The translations under genes and the position numbers were made by a program. From Meiothermus sp. (GTDB taxonomy: Bacteria; Deinococcota; Deinococci; Deinococcales; Thermaceae), in assembly GCA_033762915.1 (NCBI GenBank), contig JANRLD010000007.1:58822-122821 (forward strand): a stretch of 64,000 nucleotides of DNA, given 5' to 3'. Positions 1 to 8,927 of the stretch are shown in pieces (the first letter of the stretch is position 1; each line of letters opens with the position of its first letter). Below the pieces are notes generated by a model. That model was not told the origin of the DNA. It did no database searches and saw nothing but the letters and a program-made list of their open reading frames with translations.

Positions 1-270
1 ATGAGCGGTTCGCGTACGGTGCGGGTCGAGGGCTACGACACCATCAGACCCAAGGGCGCGGTGAACCTTCTGGGGGGCCTGATATCCAACTTTTACGGTG
101 CCTTTGGTCAGTTCAACTCTACCGGCCCCACCAGTGGCTACGGACGCAACTTCACTTACGACGCCCGGATGCTCGAGGGCAAGGCCCCGCCCTACTTCCC
201 CGGCATGAAGTTCACCGCCGGCGGCACGCCCGTGGTGGTCAGCTTCGGCCAGCGCGAGCAGGTGTATTGA
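1..270 (+). CDS. 3' end of a ComZ/PilX-like (DUF4900-type) pilus-associated protein, truncated by the window edge
   Basis: C-terminus GYGRNFTYDARMLEGKAPPYFP...FGQREQV aligns with the C-terminus of 38891..40909 (GYQRRITYDRRLASGMAPPFFP...FGQREQV). Confidence 0.75.
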   Translation: MSGSRTVRVEGYDTIRPKGAVNLLGGLISNFYGAFGQFNSTGPTSGYGRNFTYDARMLEGKAPPYFPGMKFTAGGTPVVVSFGQREQVY

Positions 271-377
271 CGGCGGCTCCCGCGCTTACCCCCGCAGCCG
301 GGTCAGGGCGTTCGGGAGCCCGAAGCTGGCGGGAGTGTGGTCGCCCGGCGCACCACGCCCGGCAAATCCGCCCTGGC

Positions 378-1052
378 TCAGCGCCTCGGCAGGCGCAGCA
401 GTTCGCTGACCCTAAGGTCGTTGCCGTTGCCGAAGACGGTCTTGACCACCCCCACGTCCAGGGCGTACCAGTAGGTGGCCCGGAAGGTCGGGCTGCCCAG
501 CGGCAGGGGGATCGAGGTCTGGAAGCGCAGGCTGTTGAGGCTCTCGACCCGGAAGGCGTTGAAGCGCCCGGCGGGCACCGCCACCGCCTCCTGAGCGGCA
601 ATGCGGAAGGTGGTCTCGAGGGTCATCCGGCCCGAGACCGGCAGTACACCGAACCGGCCTTCGCCCTCGATCTCCACCTTCTGCTGCCAGCTGGCCCCCA
701 CCTGCCAGGCGTCGGCCTCGGGGATCTCGATCCCGCTCACCTTGATGCTGCGAACCGTGACGCCGTCACCGCCCAGCCCCTCCCCGGCGGTTCGGATGCC
801 CTCTGGGGTGCATACGTAGCGGGTGTCGTTGCGGATCTCTCCGCCGTTGGCGTCGCTCCCCCGCAGTTGGGTCACGAAGCTGTTGCCGTACAACACCTTG
901 CGGGCCGTGACGTTCCCGGCGGACTGCCCCTTGGCGTCGAGCAGCCGGTACTCCCAGACCCAACCCTCCCGCAACGGCGAGAAGGGCTGGTCGCAGAGCT
1001 GGGCCAGCCCGGCAGACAACAACACCACCAGCGAGGCGATCCACCGGCGCAT
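378..1052 (-). CDS. Secreted hypothetical protein (DUF3108/TapB-like beta-rich)
   Basis: Signal peptide MRRWIASLVVLLSAGLAQ; VAVPAGRFNAFRV and TYWYALDVGVVK motifs. Confidence 0.65.
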   Translation of the reverse strand: MRRWIASLVVLLSAGLAQLCDQPFSPLREGWVWEYRLLDAKGQSAGNVTARKVLYGNSFVTQLRGSDANGGEIRNDTRYVCTPEGIRTAGEGLGGDGVTVRSIKVSGIEIPEADAWQVGASWQQKVEIEGEGRFGVLPVSGRMTLETTFRIAAQEAVAVPAGRFNAFRVESLNSLRFQTSIPLPLGSPTFRATYWYALDVGVVKTVFGNGNDLRVSELLRLPRR

Positions 1053-1143
1053 GGTTCAAGGTACGGGGAGGAGGGTTAAGTTGGGTGAGGAGGGGGCCAG
1101 GATAGTCGGCGCCGGAACGCCCCTGACCCTCAAATCCCCAGCC

Positions 1144-2472
1144 TCAACCCGTCGCCTTGCCGAACTCGAGCATGAAGTTCCTCGAGCTCTCGATGGCCTT
1201 CTCGAAGTTGATCAAGTCAAACTTCTCGTTGGGCGAGTGCAGGCTGTCGTCGTCTAGGCCAAAGCCCATCAGCACGATGGGGATGTCCATCAGCTCTTTA
1301 AAGTCGGCCACGATGGGGACGCTGCCCCCCATGCGGTTAAAGACCGGCGGGACGCCCCAGGCGGCCTCGAGAGCCCTCGCGGCGGCCTGGACGGCGGGGG
1401 TCTCGAGGTCGGCCACCACCCCGCGCCCCTCGCCCAGGCTGACCACCTCCATGCGGTAGCCCTCGGGCTTGATCTGCTCCAGGAACGCTGTGGTCAGCCG
1501 GGTGATCTCGGCGGGCTCTTGGTCGGCTACCAGGCGCATCGAGAACTTAAAGAAGGCGCGGGAGGGGATCACGGTCTTGCCGCCCTCGCCCTGGTAGCCC
1601 CCGCCAATGCCGTGCACGTCCAGGGTGGGCCGGGCCCAGACCCGCTCGAGCAGGCTATACCCCGGCTCGCCGGGCATCGCGTCGGCCCCGATCTCGGCCT
1701 GGAACGCGGCTGCGTCGAAGGGCAGGTCGGCCAGCATCTGGCGCTCGCGCTCGGAGAGGGGGCGCACCTTGTCGTAAAAGCCGGGAATCCGGATTACCCC
1801 GTCGGGGGTCTTGAGCTGGGCGATCATCCAGGCGGCGGCGTTGATGGGATTGGGGGCCACCCCACCGTAGTTGCCGGAGTGCAGGTCGCGGCTGGCCCCC
1901 TCGAGGCGTACCTCGATCATGGATATCCCCCGCAGCGAATGGGTGATGGCGGGCCGCCCCGGTGCCAGCATCGAGGAGTCGGAGACGATCAATGCGTCGG
2001 CCCGCAGGCGCTCGAGGTTGCGCCTCACCCAGGGCACCAGGTTGCCGAAGCCCACCTCCTCCTCGCCCTCAATCACAAACTTGACATTCACCGGAAGCCG
2101 GTCGCCCAGGCTCTCCACCGCAGCGATGTGGGCGAAGATCTGGCCCTTGTCATCGGAGGCCCCGCGCGCGTAAATCTTCCCGTCGCGGATGGTGGGCTCG
2201 AAGGGCGGGGTGTGCCACAACTCCAGCGGGTCGGGGGGCTGCACGTCGTAGTGGCCGTAGATAAGCACGGTGGGGGCGTTGGGGTCTACGATTTTCTCGG
2301 CGTAGACGATGGGGTGGTGGCTGGTGGGGACAACCTCTACCGTGCAGCCCATTCCCCTGAGGTGGTTCTCGAGCCAGGCCGCGGCCCGCTTCATCTCGGG
2401 CCAGTACTTGGGGTCGGCGGAAACCGAGGGGATGGCGATCAGCTCGAGGAGGTCGGAGAGGGCCTTGTTCAC
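1144..2472 (-). CDS. M20 family dipeptidase
   Basis: YGHYDVQP, ARGASDDKGQ, EGEEE, DLHSG and HSPNEKF motifs; GTG start placed 7 nt after a TATACT -10 box. Confidence 0.9.
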   Translation of the reverse strand: MNKALSDLLELIAIPSVSADPKYWPEMKRAAAWLENHLRGMGCTVEVVPTSHHPIVYAEKIVDPNAPTVLIYGHYDVQPPDPLELWHTPPFEPTIRDGKIYARGASDDKGQIFAHIAAVESLGDRLPVNVKFVIEGEEEVGFGNLVPWVRRNLERLRADALIVSDSSMLAPGRPAITHSLRGISMIEVRLEGASRDLHSGNYGGVAPNPINAAAWMIAQLKTPDGVIRIPGFYDKVRPLSERERQMLADLPFDAAAFQAEIGADAMPGEPGYSLLERVWARPTLDVHGIGGGYQGEGGKTVIPSRAFFKFSMRLVADQEPAEITRLTTAFLEQIKPEGYRMEVVSLGEGRGVVADLETPAVQAAARALEAAWGVPPVFNRMGGSVPIVADFKELMDIPIVLMGFGLDDDSLHSPNEKFDLINFEKAIESSRNFMLEFGKATG

Positions 2473-2557
2473 GCGAGAAAGTATACCCGCCGGGCCGCGC
2501 AAGAGTCCGTGTTGGCAGCCGGCCGCCCTGCACAATACAATCAGGCCGGGCAGACCC

Positions 2558-3601
2558 ATGAAGAGCGCAGGGAACGAACTCCACATCGCCGACTCGGTGA
2601 TCCGCCGGTTCTTCTTGGTGCTGATGCCCATCGGGATGGCGGCCTGCTTCCTGGCGATATTCCTGGACCCCAGCCAGACCCCGGTTGATGTGGTCGTTCT
2701 GCCCCTGCTGGGCCTGACCCTGGGAGCCTTCTCGGTCTGGCTTTGGCTTGACCAGAGGGCCCTTCAGTTCATCAAAACCCCGCTTTTTGCGCTGTTCATC
2801 TTCTACCAGCTGGCTGGCCTGGTCTCGTTCACCCAGTTGGGGCTGCTCTACAGCCAGGGGCTCTCGATAACGGCGATCTGGTTCACGGTGGTCTACCCCT
2901 TCGCCTTCTTGCTCTACCCGCTGGGGCTGGCCAGCCGGATTTCGGTGCTGTACCTGTTGGCGGCCCTGTTGATCGGCCTATGGGGCATCTCCCAGAGCCC
3001 GTCCTTCACCGCCAAGGGGGTCAACGGCGGCATCCAGTTCTTTCTTGGGAACGCCTTCCTGCTGGTGCTGCTCTACCTCTACGCACGCTACCGCTACGCC
3101 TACGATCGGATGAACCTAATCGCCCACACCGACCACCTCACTGGCCTGCCCAACCGCCGCCGCATGACCCAGCTCATAGAAGAGGGCCTGACCCTGAAAA
3201 CCGCCGAGCCCATTGCCCTATTGATCCTCGACCTCGACCACTTCAAGCAGATCAACGACAGCTACGGCCACAGCGCGGGCGACCAGGTGCTGCGCGAGGC
3301 CAGCCTGGTGCTGCAAAGCCGTCTGCGCTCCACCGACGTGCTGGCGAGATGGGGCGGCGAGGAGTTTCTGGTTCTGGCCCCCGGCAGCACCCTCGAGGCC
3401 GCCCAGGCCCTGGGCCAGCGGCTGCGCGAGGCGCTCGAGGCCACCCCCCTGCAAAGCGGAGTGCGGGTCACGGTCAGCCTGGGCCTCACCACCAGCCGTC
3501 CCAGCGACACCCCCGACACCCTGCTCCACCGTGCCGACACCGCCCTATACCGCGCCAAGGCAGCAGGAAGAAATAGGCTCGAGGTGGAGCTGGCTGGGTA
3601 G
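2558..3601 (+). CDS. Membrane-anchored diguanylate cyclase (GGDEF domain)
   Basis: About 6 TM helices followed by TDHLTGLPNRR, DLDHFKQINDSYGH and RWGGEEF; the RxxD I-site (RSTD) is present. Confidence 0.9.
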   Translation: MKSAGNELHIADSVIRRFFLVLMPIGMAACFLAIFLDPSQTPVDVVVLPLLGLTLGAFSVWLWLDQRALQFIKTPLFALFIFYQLAGLVSFTQLGLLYSQGLSITAIWFTVVYPFAFLLYPLGLASRISVLYLLAALLIGLWGISQSPSFTAKGVNGGIQFFLGNAFLLVLLYLYARYRYAYDRMNLIAHTDHLTGLPNRRRMTQLIEEGLTLKTAEPIALLILDLDHFKQINDSYGHSAGDQVLREASLVLQSRLRSTDVLARWGGEEFLVLAPGSTLEAAQALGQRLREALEATPLQSGVRVTVSLGLTTSRPSDTPDTLLHRADTALYRAKAAGRNRLEVELAG

Positions 3602-3616
3602 TTGAGCGCCCTCCGC

Positions 3617-6481
3617 TCAGGTTTGTTTGACCAAGGCTTTTTTCAGCCCACTGTAGGCTTCACGCCTAAACTCATCAAGCTCCCAAAGTTTGAGTAGCGA
3701 TTGGGGTTCGGAAAGATTCTCGAGGGCTAGTGCGGCAAAGTAACGCACAAGGCTGTCTTCCTTAGGGTTCTGGGCGAGGGCGAGGAGGGCTTGGGCGACC
3801 CCTTCGACCCGCCCCAACTTCCCGAGGGCTTGTGCGGCATAGCCACGCACATGGCTGTCTTCCTCGGGGTTCTGGGAGAGGGCGAGGAGGGTTGGGGCGG
3901 CCTCTTCAACCCGCCCCAACTTCCCGAGGGCTTGTGCGGCAAAGTCACGCACACCGCTGTCTTCCTCGGGGTTCTGGGAGAGGGCGAGGAGGGTTTGGGC
4001 GGCCTCTTCGACCCGCCCCAACTTCCCGAGGGCTTGTGCGGCATAGCCACGCATAAGGCTGTCTTCCTCGGGGGTCTGGGCGAGGGCGAGGAGGGATTGG
4101 GCGGCCTCTTCGACCCGCCCCAACTGCCCGAGGGTTTGTGCGGCAAAGCGACGCAGATCGCTGTCTTCCTTGGGGTTCTGGACGAGGGCGAGGAGGGTTT
4201 GGGCGGCCTCTTCGACCCGCCCCAACTGCCCGAGGGCTTGTGCGGCAAAGCGACGCACATCGCTGTTTTCCTTGGGGTTCTGGACGAGGGTGAGGAGGAC
4301 TTGAGCTGCTTGGGGATTGTCTTCAAACAGTCCAAGGCTACGGATGGCATCAATGCGGAGGAGGGTGAGGGTTGGGCGGCTGGTTGCCAGTTGACCCAAG
4401 CGGTCAACCACCTCTTGGCGAATCTGGTGGGCACTTTCAGTGACATCGGCCAAAATTTGCGCGGCCAGGAATAGGTTTCGTTGGAGAATGGGTTCGTATA
4501 TGTCGGGTGCTTGGGTTAGGATTTTCTCGACCAGTTTTGATACAAACTTGTCGCTCTGGCTTTTTTCACCGCACAGCAGCAGAATTACTTCGCGCCAGTT
4601 TGGGTGGTGCAGTTTGGGCTGTATTTCTTCCCAAATGCCGGGTACACCGTCGTCGTCGCGGCGGTTTAGGATGTCGGTTGCAGCCAGGTATTCCCGAAAG
4701 GTCTGGTGAACAAAGGAGTAGCTGCCCTGGCCTTGCTCGTAGAGCAGCCCGGTTCGCTTTTCGGTGTAGTCCACAAAGCGTTCGGCCTCTTCTTTGCAGT
4801 CCTCCTTAATGAGGCGTTGGTCTTCTAGGTCGTAGATAACCTCTCGAACCAGCCGCTTGAGTTCGTCGGTCTCGAGGGCTGGGTTGGCGTTGCCGGGGGT
4901 CACGCTGTTTTGTAGGTTGAAGGCGATCCGCTCGAGGATGCGCCGCCGCCGCTTGTAGTAGGGTCGTTCGGCATCGCTGGGGATGCGCTCTTGCACGCTG
5001 TCCCAGGTGTCGGTCATGGTCCCGACGCTGCGCTGGTAGAGTTGGGCGCGCTGCTGGGGCAGCTTGTGGCCGTCGCGGTGTACCAGGGCGATGATGGTCA
5101 GCAGAAGGGGATTTTTGGCCAAGTCGGCAATGCGGGGGTTGCGGCTGGGGTCCAGCTCCGCCAGCAGGTCGGCGGTTCGTTGCTCCCGCTTGGGTGTGTC
5201 GCTGGGCAAGGCTTGGGTGTACCACTTGCCTACAAAGCTCTGAATTTGTTCGGGCGTGAAGGGCTCGAGGGTCACTTCCTCGGCTTGCCCAAGGGTGATG
5301 GGGGCTGCACCGTAGCCGACTATTCGGGAGCTAATCAGATAGGTGTGTTGGGGATAGAGCTGGATAAATCTCTGCACCTGGTCGCGCACCTTGATGCGGT
5401 CGGGGGTTTGGCTTACTTCGTCGAGGCCGTCAAAGCAAATCAGACAACTGCCACTGGTGAGCTTCTGCTCGAAAAAGTCGGCGGACAGCTCGAGTTGAAA
5501 GCTATTGGAGGCAAACTCTTCGATAAACTCACGGATTTTGCCGCTCCCTTGCCGGGCGTAATGGCTGAGTTGAACAAAGACGGGGAAAAGGTTCTGGCTG
5601 TCTGCCTCTTCAATTACCCGCCGCCGGAGCAGCAAGCTTTTGCCCGCACCAGGGTCGCCCAAGACCACAATCAGCTTGTGTTTTGGCAGAAAATCCCGCA
5701 GCTCGACGGTTTCAACCCTGGTGGAATCTACTTCGAAAGACCGCGCCAATTGCTCTGGCGATTCGCCCGATTTTCCTGCCTCGTCCACCCGACGGGCAAA
5801 CTCGGCATCAGAATGGTATAGGAGAGCCTTGCGCCCAAGGTTGCGTTTTGCGCGTAGGTCTATGGCCAGTGTGTGGATAGGAATTTCTGGCTGGGCCGAG
5901 CGGAAGGGGATTCCCGCAAACCCAACGTACCCGTAGCGCTGTTGCACTTGCCGCAGGTAGTCGCTGTCGTCGTGAATTCCCTTTTTACCAAAATAGGTCT
6001 CGAGCAGTTGGCGAATCTCGTTGAGGTTTAGTAACTCGCCAAAGCCCTGAATGCTAAACAACTCGTGGCGCAGTTTGCCCACCAGCGCGCCGATAACCCG
6101 CTCTACTTGGCTCCGTTCGACGTTGTTGGCTTGTCCCAGGGTCTGAAAGTTCAGCTTTTCTTGTACATTGCGAATCAGCTTCTGCTCATGTCTTGATTCT
6201 TTGTGGATTGCAGCTCGAGCCACCAACTGCCCCAGCACATTGCGCCCGTGGTCGTCGGTTGCGCTCCCCAGGGCTTTCAATACTTTTTGCGCTTCGCCAT
6301 CTATCGAAAACTGTGCCAGCGAGGCTTCTACTGCCTCGCGGATTTGGGCTTCGGGCAACGCTTGAGCGGGCTTCTTGCCCTGAACACGCTCGAGAATTTG
6401 CTTGCCACCTTCTTGTAAGACCCCATTCCAGAGTCCCGTAATTGCCGAAGTGAGTAAGGCAACAAGTATTGGTTCAGCCAT
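3617..6481 (-). CDS. NACHT (STAND) NTPase with C-terminal HEAT-like repeats
   Basis: Walker A GDPGAGKS, Walker B CFDGLDEV, NPLLLTIIA, winged-helix FVHQTFREYLAA and WREVILL; 34-aa helical repeats; visibly lower GC than neighbours. Confidence 0.9.
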   Translation of the reverse strand: MAEPILVALLTSAITGLWNGVLQEGGKQILERVQGKKPAQALPEAQIREAVEASLAQFSIDGEAQKVLKALGSATDDHGRNVLGQLVARAAIHKESRHEQKLIRNVQEKLNFQTLGQANNVERSQVERVIGALVGKLRHELFSIQGFGELLNLNEIRQLLETYFGKKGIHDDSDYLRQVQQRYGYVGFAGIPFRSAQPEIPIHTLAIDLRAKRNLGRKALLYHSDAEFARRVDEAGKSGESPEQLARSFEVDSTRVETVELRDFLPKHKLIVVLGDPGAGKSLLLRRRVIEEADSQNLFPVFVQLSHYARQGSGKIREFIEEFASNSFQLELSADFFEQKLTSGSCLICFDGLDEVSQTPDRIKVRDQVQRFIQLYPQHTYLISSRIVGYGAAPITLGQAEEVTLEPFTPEQIQSFVGKWYTQALPSDTPKREQRTADLLAELDPSRNPRIADLAKNPLLLTIIALVHRDGHKLPQQRAQLYQRSVGTMTDTWDSVQERIPSDAERPYYKRRRRILERIAFNLQNSVTPGNANPALETDELKRLVREVIYDLEDQRLIKEDCKEEAERFVDYTEKRTGLLYEQGQGSYSFVHQTFREYLAATDILNRRDDDGVPGIWEEIQPKLHHPNWREVILLLCGEKSQSDKFVSKLVEKILTQAPDIYEPILQRNLFLAAQILADVTESAHQIRQEVVDRLGQLATSRPTLTLLRIDAIRSLGLFEDNPQAAQVLLTLVQNPKENSDVRRFAAQALGQLGRVEEAAQTLLALVQNPKEDSDLRRFAAQTLGQLGRVEEAAQSLLALAQTPEEDSLMRGYAAQALGKLGRVEEAAQTLLALSQNPEEDSGVRDFAAQALGKLGRVEEAAPTLLALSQNPEEDSHVRGYAAQALGKLGRVEGVAQALLALAQNPKEDSLVRYFAALALENLSEPQSLLKLWELDEFRREAYSGLKKALVKQT
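3721..4300 (-). repeat. About 5.5 tandem 102-bp repeats encoding HEAT-like units
   Basis: The CGAGGG(C/T)T..TGCGGCA core recurs at 3721, 3823, 3925, 4027, 4129 and 4231 (period 102). Confidence 0.95.
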
Positions 6482-6544
6482 ATAGGTTCTAGGATACTAG
6501 AGGCCAAGTTGCTTGGCTCGAGTCGTAGAACTGCTCGATGTGTT

Positions 6545-7264
6545 TCATTTGCCCGACTTATCGCCGGAGGCTTTGACGGCCGGGGTCAGCTCGCGCAGCA
6601 GGGCCAGGCGCAGGCGGGAGATTTCGATCTCGAGGCGGTTCTGCTGGGTGTCCAGCTCGTCGCGCAGCTTGATGATCTCCTCGACGCCCGCCAGGTTCAC
6701 GCCCAGCTCCTGGGTCAACCGCCGAATCTCGCGCAGCTTCTCCACGTCGCGCTCGGAGTACAGGCGGGTCTTGCCGGAGGTGCGGCTGGGGGCCACCAGG
6801 CCCTCGCGCTCGTAGAGGCGGAGGGTCTGGGGGTGCATGTCCACCAGCTCGGCGGCCACCGAGATGATGTATACGGGGCGATCCTTGTCGTCGGCCTTTT
6901 TCTTGCCCTTGCCCTCGCTGGCGGGGGGCAGGGCGGGCGGGTTGCGGAAGGACTCGAGCTTCTCGCCCAGCTCGGACTTGAGCCGCTCGGCCTCGTCGCG
7001 GAAGCGGGTCTCGAGGCTCCACAGCTCGTCGCGTAGTTTGATAATCTCCTCGACGCCCGCCAGATTCACGCCCAGCTCCTGGGTCAGCCGCCGGATCTCG
7101 CGCAGCTTCTCCACGTCGCGCTCGGAGTACAGGCGGGTCTTGCCGCCGGAGCGCTTGGGCTCGATCGGGCCCTTGCGCTCGTAGAGGCGTAGGGTTTGGG
7201 GGTGCATGTCCACCAGCTCGGCGGCCACCGAGATGATGTATACGGGACGGTCTTTTTTGTCCAT
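6545..7264 (-). CDS. hspR: Heat-shock repressor HspR, tandem (fused-dimer) MerR type
   Basis: Two near-identical MerR HTH domains [26 protein letters not shown]...[11 protein letters not shown]. Confidence 0.85.
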   Translation of the reverse strand: MDKKDRPVYIISVAAELVDMHPQTLRLYERKGPIEPKRSGGKTRLYSERDVEKLREIRRLTQELGVNLAGVEEIIKLRDELWSLETRFRDEAERLKSELGEKLESFRNPPALPPASEGKGKKKADDKDRPVYIISVAAELVDMHPQTLRLYEREGLVAPSRTSGKTRLYSERDVEKLREIRRLTQELGVNLAGVEEIIKLRDELDTQQNRLEIEISRLRLALLRELTPAVKASGDKSGK

Positions 7265-7268
7265 ACAA

Positions 7269-7309
7269 GTTGAGTCCAGCAAAGCAAGTGCTTTGTTAAC
7301 GACAGTATA
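7269..7309 (-). promoter_or_regulatory. hspR promoter with candidate operator(s)
   Basis: TATACT -10 (7304-7309); HAIR-like CTTGCTT-N6-ACTCAAC (7269-7288); perfect inverted repeat CAAAGCA-ag-TGCTTTG (7280-7295). Confidence 0.5.
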
Positions 7310-7367
7310 CGAAACTTTAGCCGATTCCGCCCTCGAGGCTCCTGCACGGGTCCGGCACCCCGCCGGT

Positions 7368-8195
7368 TCAGCCGGCCAGCACCGAGCGCATCCAGGGGGC
7401 CAGATCGGTCAGGGAGGCCATCGGTGGAAGGGAGGCGGCCAGACGGCCGGCCACGATCAGCGGGACCGGGTTGGTGGTGTGCTGGGTGTGCCAGGGTTCC
7501 TCGGCGTTTCCGTGGTCGGCGGTGAGGACCAGGGTGGCGGCGGGGGTGGCCCCCAGAAAACCCCGCACGAAGGCGTCCAGCTCGACGAAACGCGCCCCCA
7601 GCTCCTGGGGCAGCCGGTGGGCCGAGTAGTCCAGCGACCAGTTCTCGAGGATGCTCAGGTCGTGCCGCCCGGCAACCATCGCGAACCGCTGGCCTGCGGC
7701 CTCAGGGTCGGGCCAGAAGGCCGGGGCGATGGCCTCGGGGTGGCTGGTGGGCAGGAGGCTCAGCCCTGCTGCCTGGGCTGCGAAAGCGAAACTGCTCAGC
7801 ATGTTGCGGCGACTGTCCAAAACCCGCTCCAAATACTCGGGTCGGTAGCTGTTGGCGTGGATCACCCGCAGGCCCTTTTGCCGTGCCCAGACCTGGATGC
7901 TGTCCTGGCGCAACAGCGCTTGCAGCCGGGTCAGCGGGTGCGGCCCCTGGTGGTAGCCCAGGTGTGCTGCGGCATTAAGCCCGGTGAGCAGGGCGGTCTG
8001 GCCGGTTCCCGACTGGGGCAGGCCCTCGACCCCCAGACTCGCGTCCAGTACCCGGTAGGCGACGCCCGGGGTGTCGAAGGGTCGAGGGCTGAAGCCCTGG
8101 GTGAGCCGGTTTAGCGTGGGCAGCTCGAGGGTTCGCAGCGGGCTGCGGGGGTCACTCGAGAGGCCCATTCCGTCCACGAACACGAACGCGAGCAT
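7368..8195 (-). CDS. Metalloenzyme of the alkaline phosphatase / phosphoglycerate mutase superfamily
   Basis: [36 protein letters not shown] and HTTNPVP motifs. Confidence 0.8.
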   Translation of the reverse strand: MLAFVFVDGMGLSSDPRSPLRTLELPTLNRLTQGFSPRPFDTPGVAYRVLDASLGVEGLPQSGTGQTALLTGLNAAAHLGYHQGPHPLTRLQALLRQDSIQVWARQKGLRVIHANSYRPEYLERVLDSRRNMLSSFAFAAQAAGLSLLPTSHPEAIAPAFWPDPEAAGQRFAMVAGRHDLSILENWSLDYSAHRLPQELGARFVELDAFVRGFLGATPAATLVLTADHGNAEEPWHTQHTTNPVPLIVAGRLAASLPPMASLTDLAPWMRSVLAG

Positions 8196-8277
8196 CGGGC
8201 CTAGCATAGCAACCCTATCCCCGCTCACACACCGGCCATCGCCGAAGGGGTCAAGATATCGGCTGGAGGTAATACAC

Positions 8278-8697
8278 ATGGCCGTCCGTTCCGCAGAAGC
8301 CAACTGGCAGGGCACACTCAAGGAAGGCAAGGGGCACCTCAAGCTCGAGAGCGGGGCCTGGGAAGGCGCCTACACCTGGCGCACCCGCTTCGGCGAGGAG
8401 AAGGGGGCCAACCCCGAGGAGCTGATCGCTGCCGCCCACTCCGGCTGCTTTACCATGTTCCTCTCAGCGCTCCTGACCGGCAACGGCACCCCGCCCGAGG
8501 CCCTGGACACCACCGCCAAGGTTCACATCGTGGACGGCCCCACCATCAGCAAGATTGAGTTGCACCTCACGGGCAAGGTGCCCGGCCTCACCGCCGAGCG
8601 TTTTGCCGAGCTGGCCGCCGAGGCCACGGCCAAGTGTCCGGTCTCCAAGGCCCTGGCCGCCGTGTCCGAGATCACCCTGGATGCCACGCTGGTTTGA
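8278..8697 (+). CDS. osmC: OsmC family peroxiredoxin
   Basis: NPEELIAAAHSGCF and KCPVSKAL motifs; GGAGG RBS. Confidence 0.9.
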   Translation: MAVRSAEANWQGTLKEGKGHLKLESGAWEGAYTWRTRFGEEKGANPEELIAAAHSGCFTMFLSALLTGNGTPPEALDTTAKVHIVDGPTISKIELHLTGKVPGLTAERFAELAAEATAKCPVSKALAAVSEITLDATLV

Positions 8698-8714
8698 TTG
8701 GCCCAGATGAGCAG

Positions 8715-8750
8715 GTCGGCTCGAGAGCAGCCTCTCGAGCCGACTTTCTT
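8715..8750 (+). terminator. Intrinsic terminator after osmC
   Basis: 13-bp perfect stem GTCGGCTCGAGAG-cagc-CTCTCGAGCCGAC followed by TTTCTT. Confidence 0.8.
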
Positions 8751-8927
8751 GTTGCCGTGTGCTGCACAAGTGGCCAGAGACGATTCTTTGCTTACCCAGT
8801 TGAGCGCTTCCCGGCGACGCTATGGTGAGAATCGTCAATGCCCGGGCCAGCAGCCGGTTTCGGTTGCGCCTGTCCGCTGCCTTCTCGAGAATCTTCTGCG
8901 CCTCATGGGCCTTCGAAGGGTGGGGTC

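Noticed and set aside
3721..4300. CRISPR-like periodic repeats
   Set aside because: These are contiguous in-frame 102-bp coding repeats with no unique spacers, and there are no cas genes.
8751..8927. Gene fragment between osmC and the addB-like gene
   Set aside because: No frame gave a recognisable motif or a credible start.
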